This document shows, in pieces, positions 20,201 to 29,111 of a stretch of 64,000 nt of DNA. The notes below the pieces were generated by a model. The model had not been told where the DNA came from and ran no database searches. It worked only from the letters and a program-made list of their open reading frames with translations. Origin of the DNA: an uncultured Candidatus Saccharibacteria bacterium (GTDB taxonomy: Bacteria; Patescibacteriota; Minisyncoccia; Phycocordibacterales; UBA918); contig CAYOAM010000001.1 of the NCBI GenBank assembly GCA_964402035.1, positions 179,558 through 243,557 of the forward strand. The letters are read 5' to 3'. A program made the translations under genes and the position numbers. Every line of letters begins with the position of its first letter. The stretch's first letter is position 1.

Positions 20201-23200
20201 ATGGGGTGAAGTGACACCTACTACAACAAACTCACAGGTGGTGAGTACTTCTTCTGCTTCTATCGACCTTGAGAGTGGAAGTAGCCAACTCTTAGGTATC
20301 ACTGATGCCGCACAGTCAACACTCGATATCTTGGGAAGTATGACTATTGAGGCGTGGGTGCGCCCCGAGAGCCAACCGAGTGTTGGTGGTATTAGCGTTA
20401 TCGCCTCAAAGTGGAGTGCAAGTGCTGACCAATCCTATGCTCTGTATTATGAAAATGATGCAGGAACAAAAAAGCTTGTCTTTCGTATGGATGACACAAC
20501 AACGAACCCATCAAAGATATGCTCGCTCTCGACTACCTTGAGTGACGCAACATGGTATCACGTGGCTGTCGCATATGACGCAGCAAATGCAAGTAGCACA
20601 CTCTATGTAAACGGTAGCAGTATTGGATATTGTACAGGTCTCTATACGAGCATACTCAATTCTACGACAGATTTCCGAGTAGGGGCGTGGCAGAATACTG
20701 CAACACATTTCTTTGATGGGCTTATCGACGAACTACGTGTCTGGAGCGGAGTTCGCACACAAGCACAGATCCAAGCATCGAAAGACGCAGAGCTTGCGGG
20801 AAACGAAAGTGGCCTCCAGGCGTATTGGCGCTTGAATAACTCTTCGCTCGATACCACAACAAACGACAATGATCTTACCCTCTATGGTGGGCCAGTCTAC
20901 AGTACTTCAACACCACTTGCGTCTGTGTACACCACAGCAGCGTCACGCTTTACCTTCACTGACGCGGGGGTCGATAAACGCACAACACAGTACACCTATG
21001 CCTCAAATACTGCGGCATACGTCACACTTCTTCAGAAAGAGACTCTGCTCGATAGGGCTTCAAGTACGATACGTGAAAACAGATTCTACTACGACACTCA
21101 GGCACTCGGCACGGTGACTGACGGAAATATGACGAAAGCAGAACGCCTCGTATCTGGTTCGTCTACATACATTGATGAAGAGTGGACGTACAACAGCTAC
21201 GGGCTTGTATCACAGAGCAAAGACCCACGCGATAAAGCAACGACCTATGTCTATGACTCATACAACCTCTATCCGGCGACGACTACCAACCCTGTCTCTC
21301 ACGTACTCCTTAAATCCTACGACTATTCAAGTGGTAAGGTTGCGACGACAACCGATCCAAACAGTCGTGTGTTCGTTACTGTATACGATGCATTTGATCG
21401 ACCTATTGAGGAGCAAATTCCTGATCCTGTATCAGGTTCGCCTGTCACAAAAGCAACATATAGTTATATCGACACAGCAGGGAGTAACCGTATAGCGACA
21501 ACACAAAATCTCAATAATAGTACATCGACAGAATCGTACGACTACTTCGACGGCTTTGGACGCAAGATCCAGTCGCGTGTAGAAAGTGAGGCATCAAACA
21601 CTTTTGCAGTTCGTGACTTTTATTACAACAGCAACGGACTCTTGGATCGTGAGTCGCTCCCATATTTTAACAACGGTTCCAGTCGCACAAGTTCCACAAC
21701 CGATGCAGAGCTGTATAGCATCTACACGTACGACCCTCTCGGCCGTATTGCCACCACGACGACTGCCGTAGGTACAACAGCAACTGTCTTTGACGACTGG
21801 ACGGAACGTGTCGTTGACGCGCTTGGCAACCCGAAAGGATTTGCGTATGACGCGTACGGAAGGCTCGCAACTACAACTGAATACAATGCCTCGACGACCT
21901 ACGCCACAGCCTACCTCTGGGACATGACCGATAAGCTTGCAACTATTACCGATGCCTTGGGCAACATCCGTGCGATCACGTACGACAAACTGGGGAGGAG
22001 GCTCACACTTCAGGATCTCCATGCTTCGGCGGACACCACATTTGGTACTTCAAGTTTTGCATACGATGCATCTGGAAATCTAGGAACGACCACTGATCCC
22101 AAGGGGCAAACGGTGGTACGTACGTACGATGACGTAAACCGCATCCTCACCGAAAACTACACAGGACTTGCGGGGACTGAGATCTCGTATACGTACGACA
22201 CCTGCACTAACGGCAAAGGTAAGCTGTGCCAGGCTATACGTGCAAGTTCTGCAACGACGACCTATGCGTACACACCACCGGGACTTCTGGATATCGCTAC
22301 CACGACCGTCGGTACGTCAACGTACACCGCAAATTACGACTACGATAGACAAGGCAACCAAACGCAGCTCACGTACCCAGACGCTTCGGTGGCAAGTTAT
22401 ACGTACAACACGGGAGGGCAACTCGAAAAGGTGCAGTACAAAGAGAGTGGGGGATCCTACTCTGATGTCGTGAGCGATTTCAACTATGGTCCCCACGGCA
22501 TGATCACCTACGAGCTCTACGGCAATGGTGTCTCGACAACAAAAGTCTACGACGAAGATCAGCTCTATAGACTTAAAACCATTATTACGGTCACCGCTAC
22601 AGGTACCGTGGGGTACGGAGGCGGGGGTGATGAGCTTCGCGAACTAGAAACCTCACTCACTCTTGGTACAGACGGCACACTTCTCTTTGCGGTAGAGGAA
22701 GAAATAGGTGCCATACCTGAAGAGGAGGCGATACTCGAAGAAGAAACTGCTACTCAAGAAGAGGTCCCAGATATAACACCACCACTTGATACGGAAGATG
22801 TGGGGGAGACTCTCGAAGAAGAGAGTCCTATAGGTACAAGTACAGACGACGGTGCAGTGGCAGCAACCTCTTCCACGCCAGAAACTGCGTTTTCTTCAAC
22901 TACAGAAGAAGTCGCTTCAAGCACACCTGAGGACACGTTCCTTGAGAGTACGAGTACCATTGATATGCTTCTCGTCGGGACGACCACAGCAACCACGACT
23001 GACCTTGCAACTTCCACGACACCAATACTCACCGGTATTATGGCACTTATCGAAGGGAAGACATATGAAGAGATTGCCCGTATAAAATCAGAAGAGATTG
23101 CAAAGATTGATATGCGCGGTCTCTATACAAAAGGAGATCTTGATATCGAGATACTCGATGTGGCACAGATAGATGGTGGCATACAAGTCTTTGCGCGCGC

Positions 23201-25586
23201 ATGGGAGAGTGGAGTACCTCTTGGTTTTGGGACGGAAGGTACGGTCGAGATCGAACGGTTTAGAATCTTTAATCCGCCCATTCTTGTGCCGGACAAAGAG
23301 GGGCTCGTGGTACGCACTTCAGTAAATCTTGACGGGGAAACAAAAGTACACACGTACAGAGAAGATCCTTTGGGAGCAGTACGTACGGTGATACAAGATA
23401 GTATAGAACGTGTAGGAAAACGCGGGACTCTTGTTGAAGTTTCCACAGTTGGCAACACCACCTCTATCTTCTATCCTGCTTCTGGTGCCACTTCGCCAGT
23501 TGACGGTCTTGCACGTCACTACCAGGCAACAAGTGACTGGAATACTGCACGTGACGCCACCGACGGTACTGCGGCTTCAGCAACGACTGGGGACGATCTT
23601 GCTGCAGCCTCACGCAAAGACTCTTCTGACCTCTATGGCATCTATCGTGGCTTTTTCCTTTTTGACACGGCGCCGATTACATCCGGTAACGAGGTCACAG
23701 CAGCAACACTTTCTCTCTATACCAACGCTGTTTCAAATGCTGACAATGACGGTGACGACTTTATCTCCATTGTTTCTACATCCACTCCCGCTTCAGATGC
23801 AAACATCACCACGGCTGACTACGACCAATGTGGCGCAACTGAAGCACATGATACGAGTGAGCGCAAAGACCTTACCGGTATGAGTGTGAGCGTATACAAA
23901 GACTGGTCGATGAATGCTACAGGTCGTAGCAGTATCAATGTCACCGGTATCTCAAAGTTCTGTGCGCGTGAAGGTCACGATCTTCTCGATACACCATACG
24001 CAGGGGGTCCCAATACCTCAAACTACTTCAACATCCTCTGGGCAGATACTGCAGGCACAACCCAAGATCCAACATTGACTGTGACCCACACCCCACTCCC
24101 ATCTCCAACAGGAGGCAACACCATCCAATACCGCTCATACACCTATGACGCAGTGGGAAACATCACCCAGATTGTAGAAAGTGGAAACACACTCGCCCGC
24201 GCCACCACCACATACACATACGACCCCCTCTATCGCCTCGTGAGTGCTTCGACCACTCAGGCAAGTAGCACCCCATACTCCGAAACATACGCATACAACG
24301 CCATCGGTAACCTCACCTATAAGTCAAACGTAGGTACGTACTCATATGGAGGGAGTAGTGGCTCTTCATACGCTAACCCACACGCTCCCACAAGCATCAA
24401 TGGCGTCACCTACGCATATGACAAGAATGGCAACCTAGCCTCCACCACCGACTCCAAGACCTATACCTGGGACTATGCCAATAGGTTAAGTAGCACTGTC
24501 ATAGGCAGTCTCACCACCACATACCAGTACAACCACGAAGGTCAACGAGTATACAAAACCAATGCCTCAGGTACGATAGCCTCACCCTATACCTTCTACG
24601 AAACCGACTCAGGAACAACCACCAAGCACATCTATACCCCTAGTGGTGATCTTCTTAGTACCATCGACAAGAGGGGTAGCACCACCACACGCTCCTATGC
24701 CCACACAGATCACTTGGGATCAACGGTCGCTATCACAAGCAATACCGGAGCAGTGTCACAAGTACTTGAATACTATCCGTATGGAGGAACACGTATAGAC
24801 CAGAAGTATGGCGCTACGAACCAACGCAATAGATACATAGGACAAGACAGTGACATAGAGAACTCGCTTATCTACCTCAATGCACGGTATTATGATGGAC
24901 AGAGAGGGCAGTTCTTGAGTCAGGATCCGGTGTTTAATGAGGTCGGACTCACGAAAGACGGGAAAGCAGTGATGAGGAATCCTCAAGCGATGAACAGCTA
25001 CTCGTATGCACAGAATAATCCTGTGGTGTATAAAGATCCGAGTGGGAGGATAGCGTTTGTACCACTTGTTCTTGGAATTGTGATGGCTTATGGTTATGTA
25101 CAAACGGCTGTTGACGTGTATCACTTTACCAATGTTTTAAGATACCCAGAAGCGTTCACAACCTCTGAAATGAATGAAGCTGGAGTCAAAGTGATACACG
25201 ACGCAGCAGGAATAGGTGCAGGACGACTTCTGGGGCCGGATGTTGGCTCAGGGATTGACACATTTGGAGCGATATATGACACAGTTAACTACGGAGTGAA
25301 AAAAATTGATGATTTATTCAAAAAAGTAAAAAATCTTTCAGTAGACGGAGGTCAAAATATACACCAAACTACACCAGCAATAGGAAACATTCCAAAACCA
25401 CAAGATAATAAAACATATATTAGTGCACCACCATCTACTACTCAACCAATACCAACGGCACAAAACTCTTCTAACTACAATTCAGCTACGAGTTATCTAA
25501 ACTCAGCACAGCGAGCACTAAATCGAGGTGATTTAAAATCAGCCGAAAGATTTATTGGCAAAGCAAGGAGATCTTTAGGTAATTAA
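17295..25586 (+). CDS. Giant Rhs/YD-repeat polymorphic toxin: signal peptide, SpvB-like domain, FG-GAP/VCBS repeats, TcdB-mid-like region, LamG, YD shell, Rhs core, toxin tip
   Basis: GAFTYDYPLMVPPGRNG.EPSLVLSYNS..FGYGW (SpvB-like); repeated D[IV]NGDGLxD; FAGFS; TIEAWVR/WYHVAV/FDGLIDELRVW (LamG); many YD repeats; HTDHLGS, YYPYG, ARYYD, NPVVYKDPSG. Confidence 0.9.
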   Translation: MNGSRQWCVSIGQSFNSVYRKTVSILLAVFLLLEPLTPLFAAEEVPQTTDAPATTSAPVDTTPVITVPRGTEPPPETNTSQTEDGVEFSVDGKTPEIKPPPKVEQPSEDTKKLEEVEPETESLMGMGGATQGSDRGQVRLSSKINEQDGAFTYDYPLMVPPGRNGREPSLVLSYNSRGGGDDDIFGYGWSINIPFIERVNKVGSEQIFTQSVFYSSLGGELVQIGSTTQYRPKVETGEFLKYVFANDLWKITDKSGTVYTFGSTTSSREDNAASSTQIAKWMLDEVRDTNDNYVKYTYYKADNRAYPATIVYTGSGATDGPFSISFVRSTTTSNSPRYESGFAATTTYRISEINTAVSGSWVRKYALAYGVGDNSVRTLLSGITESARTEGSTASTTMPATTFTYENTMSQTWTASSWALPEPFTQNGIDMGTRDVDINGDGFPDIIRFYRDATGTTIKRVYLNNKVDGWTLQSSWDWTYFTVPFSEYYAVGDSNARNDNGVRFADVNGDALTDVLIGYDGNGSSDTQKIYINYGAGWSYDSSWVLPVYFTRYYSSRVWDNGVRIADINGDGLPDLVSAQWNASSTLSTVFLNTGSGWSTTTSWVMPRAFTGAYDGVHQGKDLGTQLVDVNGDGLTDVVHGLKSTIFGNSKNTYLNTGSGWATSTLWDLPDYLIWADEAVSDIGYRFEDVNGDGLVDLSINNTFGGSIPDDDIYINTGAGWTNSIGNFPPYQFVTSTGDTGARFMDVNADRLPDEVYGNTSSSTGPVSSEETYLNRREVGDLLINVTEPKGGTLAITYQSSHEYRSAGSSTNPSLPFPITTVATTTKDAGFGTTETQAYLYEGGDYWFDATLFRDRKFAGFSTMTKTGPTQKERIYFHQGNETNVTSGEYADDSTKIGFPYRSEVADLANRPYKVSTSEWVTSDLGSSASFVKETQTIDLAYDGDSDYKARAVTYVYDDTNGLLTTKTEWGEVTPTTTNSQVVSTSSASIDLESGSSQLLGITDAAQSTLDILGSMTIEAWVRPESQPSVGGISVIASKWSASADQSYALYYENDAGTKKLVFRMDDTTTNPSKICSLSTTLSDATWYHVAVAYDAANASSTLYVNGSSIGYCTGLYTSILNSTTDFRVGAWQNTATHFFDGLIDELRVWSGVRTQAQIQASKDAELAGNESGLQAYWRLNNSSLDTTTNDNDLTLYGGPVYSTSTPLASVYTTAASRFTFTDAGVDKRTTQYTYASNTAAYVTLLQKETLLDRASSTIRENRFYYDTQALGTVTDGNMTKAERLVSGSSTYIDEEWTYNSYGLVSQSKDPRDKATTYVYDSYNLYPATTTNPVSHVLLKSYDYSSGKVATTTDPNSRVFVTVYDAFDRPIEEQIPDPVSGSPVTKATYSYIDTAGSNRIATTQNLNNSTSTESYDYFDGFGRKIQSRVESEASNTFAVRDFYYNSNGLLDRESLPYFNNGSSRTSSTTDAELYSIYTYDPLGRIATTTTAVGTTATVFDDWTERVVDALGNPKGFAYDAYGRLATTTEYNASTTYATAYLWDMTDKLATITDALGNIRAITYDKLGRRLTLQDLHASADTTFGTSSFAYDASGNLGTTTDPKGQTVVRTYDDVNRILTENYTGLAGTEISYTYDTCTNGKGKLCQAIRASSATTTYAYTPPGLLDIATTTVGTSTYTANYDYDRQGNQTQLTYPDASVASYTYNTGGQLEKVQYKESGGSYSDVVSDFNYGPHGMITYELYGNGVSTTKVYDEDQLYRLKTIITVTATGTVGYGGGGDELRELETSLTLGTDGTLLFAVEEEIGAIPEEEAILEEETATQEEVPDITPPLDTEDVGETLEEESPIGTSTDDGAVAATSSTPETAFSSTTEEVASSTPEDTFLESTSTIDMLLVGTTTATTTDLATSTTPILTGIMALIEGKTYEEIARIKSEEIAKIDMRGLYTKGDLDIEILDVAQIDGGIQVFARAWESGVPLGFGTEGTVEIERFRIFNPPILVPDKEGLVVRTSVNLDGETKVHTYREDPLGAVRTVIQDSIERVGKRGTLVEVSTVGNTTSIFYPASGATSPVDGLARHYQATSDWNTARDATDGTAASATTGDDLAAASRKDSSDLYGIYRGFFLFDTAPITSGNEVTAATLSLYTNAVSNADNDGDDFISIVSTSTPASDANITTADYDQCGATEAHDTSERKDLTGMSVSVYKDWSMNATGRSSINVTGISKFCAREGHDLLDTPYAGGPNTSNYFNILWADTAGTTQDPTLTVTHTPLPSPTGGNTIQYRSYTYDAVGNITQIVESGNTLARATTTYTYDPLYRLVSASTTQASSTPYSETYAYNAIGNLTYKSNVGTYSYGGSSGSSYANPHAPTSINGVTYAYDKNGNLASTTDSKTYTWDYANRLSSTVIGSLTTTYQYNHEGQRVYKTNASGTIASPYTFYETDSGTTTKHIYTPSGDLLSTIDKRGSTTTRSYAHTDHLGSTVAITSNTGAVSQVLEYYPYGGTRIDQKYGATNQRNRYIGQDSDIENSLIYLNARYYDGQRGQFLSQDPVFNEVGLTKDGKAVMRNPQAMNSYSYAQNNPVVYKDPSGRIAFVPLVLGIVMAYGYVQTAVDVYHFTNVLRYPEAFTTSEMNEAGVKVIHDAAGIGAGRLLGPDVGSGIDTFGAIYDTVNYGVKKIDDLFKKVKNLSVDGGQNIHQTTPAIGNIPKPQDNKTYISAPPSTTQPIPTAQNSSNYNSATSYLNSAQRALNRGDLKSAERFIGKARRSLGN
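24642..24914 (+). repeat. 273-bp exact repeat in the Rhs core (copy 1)
   Basis: Identical by eye to 26059-26331. Confidence 0.85.
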
Positions 25587-25591
25587 GTAGT

Positions 25592-25852
25592 ATGAAATTA
25601 CAAGATTTAATTATTAATAATTATGAAATACTCCTTCTCGTCGCAGGATTGTTACTCACATTTCTTGGAATTATGCCTATAATCTCAAGAAATTACTATG
25701 AAAACAATTTAAGATCAGATTGGAGTAGAAACCTCTGGCTATTTTCAGAGAAAGACAGATATATATATAATAGATATGTTAGACCACTTTATCCATTGTT
25801 GGCTGGTATTACTATGATTGGTGTAGCAATCTATAAGTTTTTATATCCTTAA
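25592..25852 (+). CDS. Putative immunity protein 1 (2 TM)
   Basis: Small AT-rich ORF 5 nt after the toxin stop. Confidence 0.6.
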   Translation: MKLQDLIINNYEILLLVAGLLLTFLGIMPIISRNYYENNLRSDWSRNLWLFSEKDRYIYNRYVRPLYPLLAGITMIGVAIYKFLYP

Positions 25853-25857
25853 TACGT

Positions 25858-27021
25858 GTGACCATCTCCTCCAAAACATACACCTGGGACTATGCCAACA
25901 GACTCAGTAGCACCGTCATAGGATCCTTAAGTACCTCATACCTCTATAACCACGAAGGTCAACGAGTATACAAAACCAATGCTTCAGGTACGATAGCTTC
26001 ACCGTATACCTTCTATGAGACAGACTCAAGTACCACCACCAAGCACATCTATACCCCCAGTGGTGATCTTCTTAGTACCATCGACAAGAGGGGTAGCACC
26101 ACCACACGCTCCTATGCCCACACAGATCACTTGGGATCAACGGTCGCTATCACAAGCAATACCGGAGCAGTGTCACAAGTACTTGAATACTATCCGTATG
26201 GAGGAACACGTATAGACCAGAAGTATGGCGCTACGAACCAACGCAATAGATACATAGGACAAGACAGTGACATAGAGAACTCGCTTATCTACCTCAATGC
26301 ACGGTATTATGATGGACAGAGAGGGCAGTTCCTTTCACAGGATCCGGTGTTTCTTGGGGATGCAGAAGCTCAGGACTTGAAATATCCTCAGAATCTAAAT
26401 AGTTATTCATACTGGACGAACAATCCTATTATTAATAAAGATCCAAGCGGAAAAGCGACATACGTTGATGTTAACGGGAAAAGAATTATAGGTTCAGACA
26501 CAAATGACCCGAATACCTACTATGAGCAAGATGACATCAATATGCTCAACACAAATGCCAACCAAATGGAAAACAACAAGCTCAATGCTGTGGAGTTCTA
26601 TAATAAAGTTAACTATGGTGGTGAATGGGACTACAAAGAAGGAGGGAGGGAGTATTATTTCTTTGAAGGGGAACTGGTCGATAAGGAAACCTATGGGAAT
26701 CGTCATTATGGCTATACGGGCAGCGCAGGAGCTTTCCCGGGCGTTGTATTGAAGGCGGGTGCAGGGGCCGCTTCAGTACGACATAATAAGGGGTTTGTTA
26801 AAAATTCTTCAATGTATCTTGATGAGCAAAAAGATACCAGAAACATTCAGATGGGTATTGATGCATATCAAAGTAAAAATAGCAAAAACACAGTCAGCCT
26901 TTCTACAAAACTAAAGAATGCTAATACATCGCTCAATTATGCCCTTGAACAAGCCAAAAAAGGGAACACATATGCTGCCACTCGAGCTATAAAGAGAGCT
27001 TTCAATCAATTGAACAATTGA
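25858..27021 (+). CDS. Orphan Rhs cassette 2 with Ntox44-like (polymorphic toxin type 44) tip
   Basis: Begins mid-core (SKTYTWDYANRL); NPIINKDPSG; tip FYNKVNYGGEWDYK...YGNRHYGYTGSAG matches the Ntox44 WDxK/GNxHYG pattern. Confidence 0.8.
   Translation: MTISSKTYTWDYANRLSSTVIGSLSTSYLYNHEGQRVYKTNASGTIASPYTFYETDSSTTTKHIYTPSGDLLSTIDKRGSTTTRSYAHTDHLGSTVAITSNTGAVSQVLEYYPYGGTRIDQKYGATNQRNRYIGQDSDIENSLIYLNARYYDGQRGQFLSQDPVFLGDAEAQDLKYPQNLNSYSYWTNNPIINKDPSGKATYVDVNGKRIIGSDTNDPNTYYEQDDINMLNTNANQMENNKLNAVEFYNKVNYGGEWDYKEGGREYYFFEGELVDKETYGNRHYGYTGSAGAFPGVVLKAGAGAASVRHNKGFVKNSSMYLDEQKDTRNIQMGIDAYQSKNSKNTVSLSTKLKNANTSLNYALEQAKKGNTYAATRAIKRAFNQLNN
26059..26331 (+). repeat. 273-bp exact repeat in the Rhs core (copy 2)
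   Basis: Identical to 24642-24914. Confidence 0.85.
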
Positions 27022-27028
27022 ATTTAAG

Positions 27029-27700
27029 ATGAAAATTATACATAAAATTGCAAGCCGTATCCGACATCATTACGTTTTGTCAGCATTGTTGGTTAATTTG
27101 ATTCTCAGTATTCTACTGACTTGTATTTTACTTTTCGGTATACGTCTAACTCATGTGCTTTACCAAGCAGCCCTGTTAAATTTTGTTTTCTTGGAGTGCT
27201 TTATAAATTTTGTATTTATCACTTGGTATTTGTTTGGACGTGTATCAAAAATACTAAAATCAGGGCTTCTTTCGCTCATTATCCAATCCCTTAAATATGC
27301 TCTCTTATTTTTTATTGGGATTTGGAGTTTCTTTTTTATTTTTCTTTCACTCGTAGATTTTCATCGCCTCCTTAAGGATGGATATGACGGAAGTTACCTG
27401 CCCGTCCAAACTGTTACTATTGATGAAAATCAGAATATAGTCGTCTATCGAACAAACGGAGGTGCCACAACAGATTTTGGCGTTGAGATTCGAAGAGAGA
27501 AATACTTATCCCTTGGATTCAAATGGGTTAAAACACTTAGAGAGTATTATCATGTGAGCGATATTAAACTAAGTACTTTAAATACTTCTCAGGTCATGAT
27601 AGAAGAGGTAAAAGGTACCAGCCATGTGTATACCTCAAGCGAGGAAAAATGGTACGGCCCTCTCCCCGTGAGAGGTGAGGTAATTGATATTTTTCGTTGA
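27029..27700 (+). CDS. Putative immunity protein 2 (3 TM plus soluble beta domain)
   Basis: 7 nt after the cassette 2 stop; AT-rich; VYRTNGGATTDFGV motif. Confidence 0.6.
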   Translation: MKIIHKIASRIRHHYVLSALLVNLILSILLTCILLFGIRLTHVLYQAALLNFVFLECFINFVFITWYLFGRVSKILKSGLLSLIIQSLKYALLFFIGIWSFFFIFLSLVDFHRLLKDGYDGSYLPVQTVTIDENQNIVVYRTNGGATTDFGVEIRREKYLSLGFKWVKTLREYYHVSDIKLSTLNTSQVMIEEVKGTSHVYTSSEEKWYGPLPVRGEVIDIFR

Positions 27701-27736
27701 AACTAGACTAGAAACGGTAGAATGTAGAGAAATGGT

Positions 27737-27760
27737 GGAAATGGGGACAGGTACTTTTTT
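27737..27760 (+). repeat. Solitary REP-like copy
   Basis: ggaaatggggacagg matches the repeat unit flanking the RAYT. Confidence 0.65.
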
Positions 27761-27833
27761 AAAGAGACACAAGCGAGTGTTTCTTAGCAATAATATTTTT
27801 TGTAAAATCTGCTCAAATAGCCTAGCAAGCTAA

Positions 27834-28754
27834 CCCATCGACAAGAAAGGCAGCACTACCACGAGATCCTATGCCCACACAGATCACTTAGGAAGTACGG
27901 TCGCTATCACCTCAAACACTGGAGCAGTCTCTCAAATACTTGAATACTACCCATATGGAGGTACCCGTATAGACCAGAAGTATGGAGCTACAAACCAACG
28001 CAATAGGTACGTTGGGCAGGACTATGACCAAGAAACGAATCTCAATTACCTGCAACAGAGATATCAAAATTCAGTGAATGGGCAGTTTATTTCTCAAGAC
28101 CCGGTGTTCCTAGACATAGGACTTAATACCAACGAGGGGAAGGTAGTGATGAGGAATCCGCAAGCAATGAACTCGTATAGTTATGCACAAAATAGTCCTT
28201 TGGTATTGAAAGATCCGAGTGGAAGGAGCGCTGCAGCCATAGGAGGCTTAGAAGGCCTAGCTGCGTTATCCGCACTTGTTGCTCCGGAAGTTGTTGTTCC
28301 GGTAGTGGCAGCAGTTGCAATTGTTACGACGGGGATTGTATTATATGAAAACGGAAAGCAGATTTGGATGGGACCAGTCCAAACTATCAATTTACCCCCA
28401 CCACCGATAGATCCTCTTGACCCGGGAGGTCCACCAAATTTCAAAGGACCAAAGTGGAAACAAGCAATTATTTGGACGACTATCGGAATTGGTGGTTTAG
28501 AGGGGGTACTTGAAAACTATCCAAAGGGAGGCAATTCGAATTCTACTAAACAATCAAACACTACAAATTCAACCAACTCAACTGCCAAATCTCCAACTTA
28601 TAATCAACCTTCTCCATACCAAAATAATCATCCCACTAATAATGACGCGGCATACAGTTTAATAAAGCAAGCTGAAAAAGCCATTGCTAATAAGGATTAT
28701 GGTGCTGCAAAAAAATACCTAAAGAACGCATCGAAAGCCTTAAATGGGAAGTAA
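27834..28754 (+). pseudogene. Orphan Rhs cassette 3 (no start codon for the core part) with hydrophobic tip
   Basis: After an in-frame TAA at 27831 the frame reads IDKKGSTTTRSYAHTDHLGS...YYPYGG...SPLVLKDPSG, continuous with the 28074..28754 ORF. Confidence 0.8.
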
Positions 28755-28803
28755 AATGTTTCTAAAAAAGCTCAGTAATAAATTAAACTTTAGGTAATAA
28801 TAT

Positions 28804-29067
28804 ATGGCTATATTCATGTTTTTCTTTTGGATCTCGCTGACCTTAATTTGTCTGTTTCTATCCAGAAAATATAAAGGGGGGCATTATAGAGAAGCATCAT
28901 ATTTTACAAGTGCAGCCTTACTATTTTATGTGTTTAAATATTTTGTTAATAACACAACTATTTTCTCACCCGAAACACTATCTCTTATTGAAAAAATAAA
29001 TTTTATATTTTGGATTATATGGGCGTCTTTATTTTTATATTTTGTGATAAAAAAGAAAATTTGGTAG
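28804..29067 (+). CDS. Putative immunity protein 3a (3 TM)
   Basis: Very AT-rich small membrane ORF after cassette 3. Confidence 0.55.
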   Translation: MAIFMFFFWISLTLICLFLSRKYKGGHYREASYFTSAALLFYVFKYFVNNTTIFSPETLSLIEKINFIFWIIWASLFLYFVIKKKIW

Positions 29068-29111
29068 TTATCCATTTTTAATAAAGGACCATACAGGATA
29101 ATCTAAAAAGT

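Noticed and set aside
24642-26331. Diversity-generating retroelement TR/VR pair
   Set aside because: The copies are identical, or differ at synonymous non-adenine-specific sites, and no reverse transcriptase is in the window.
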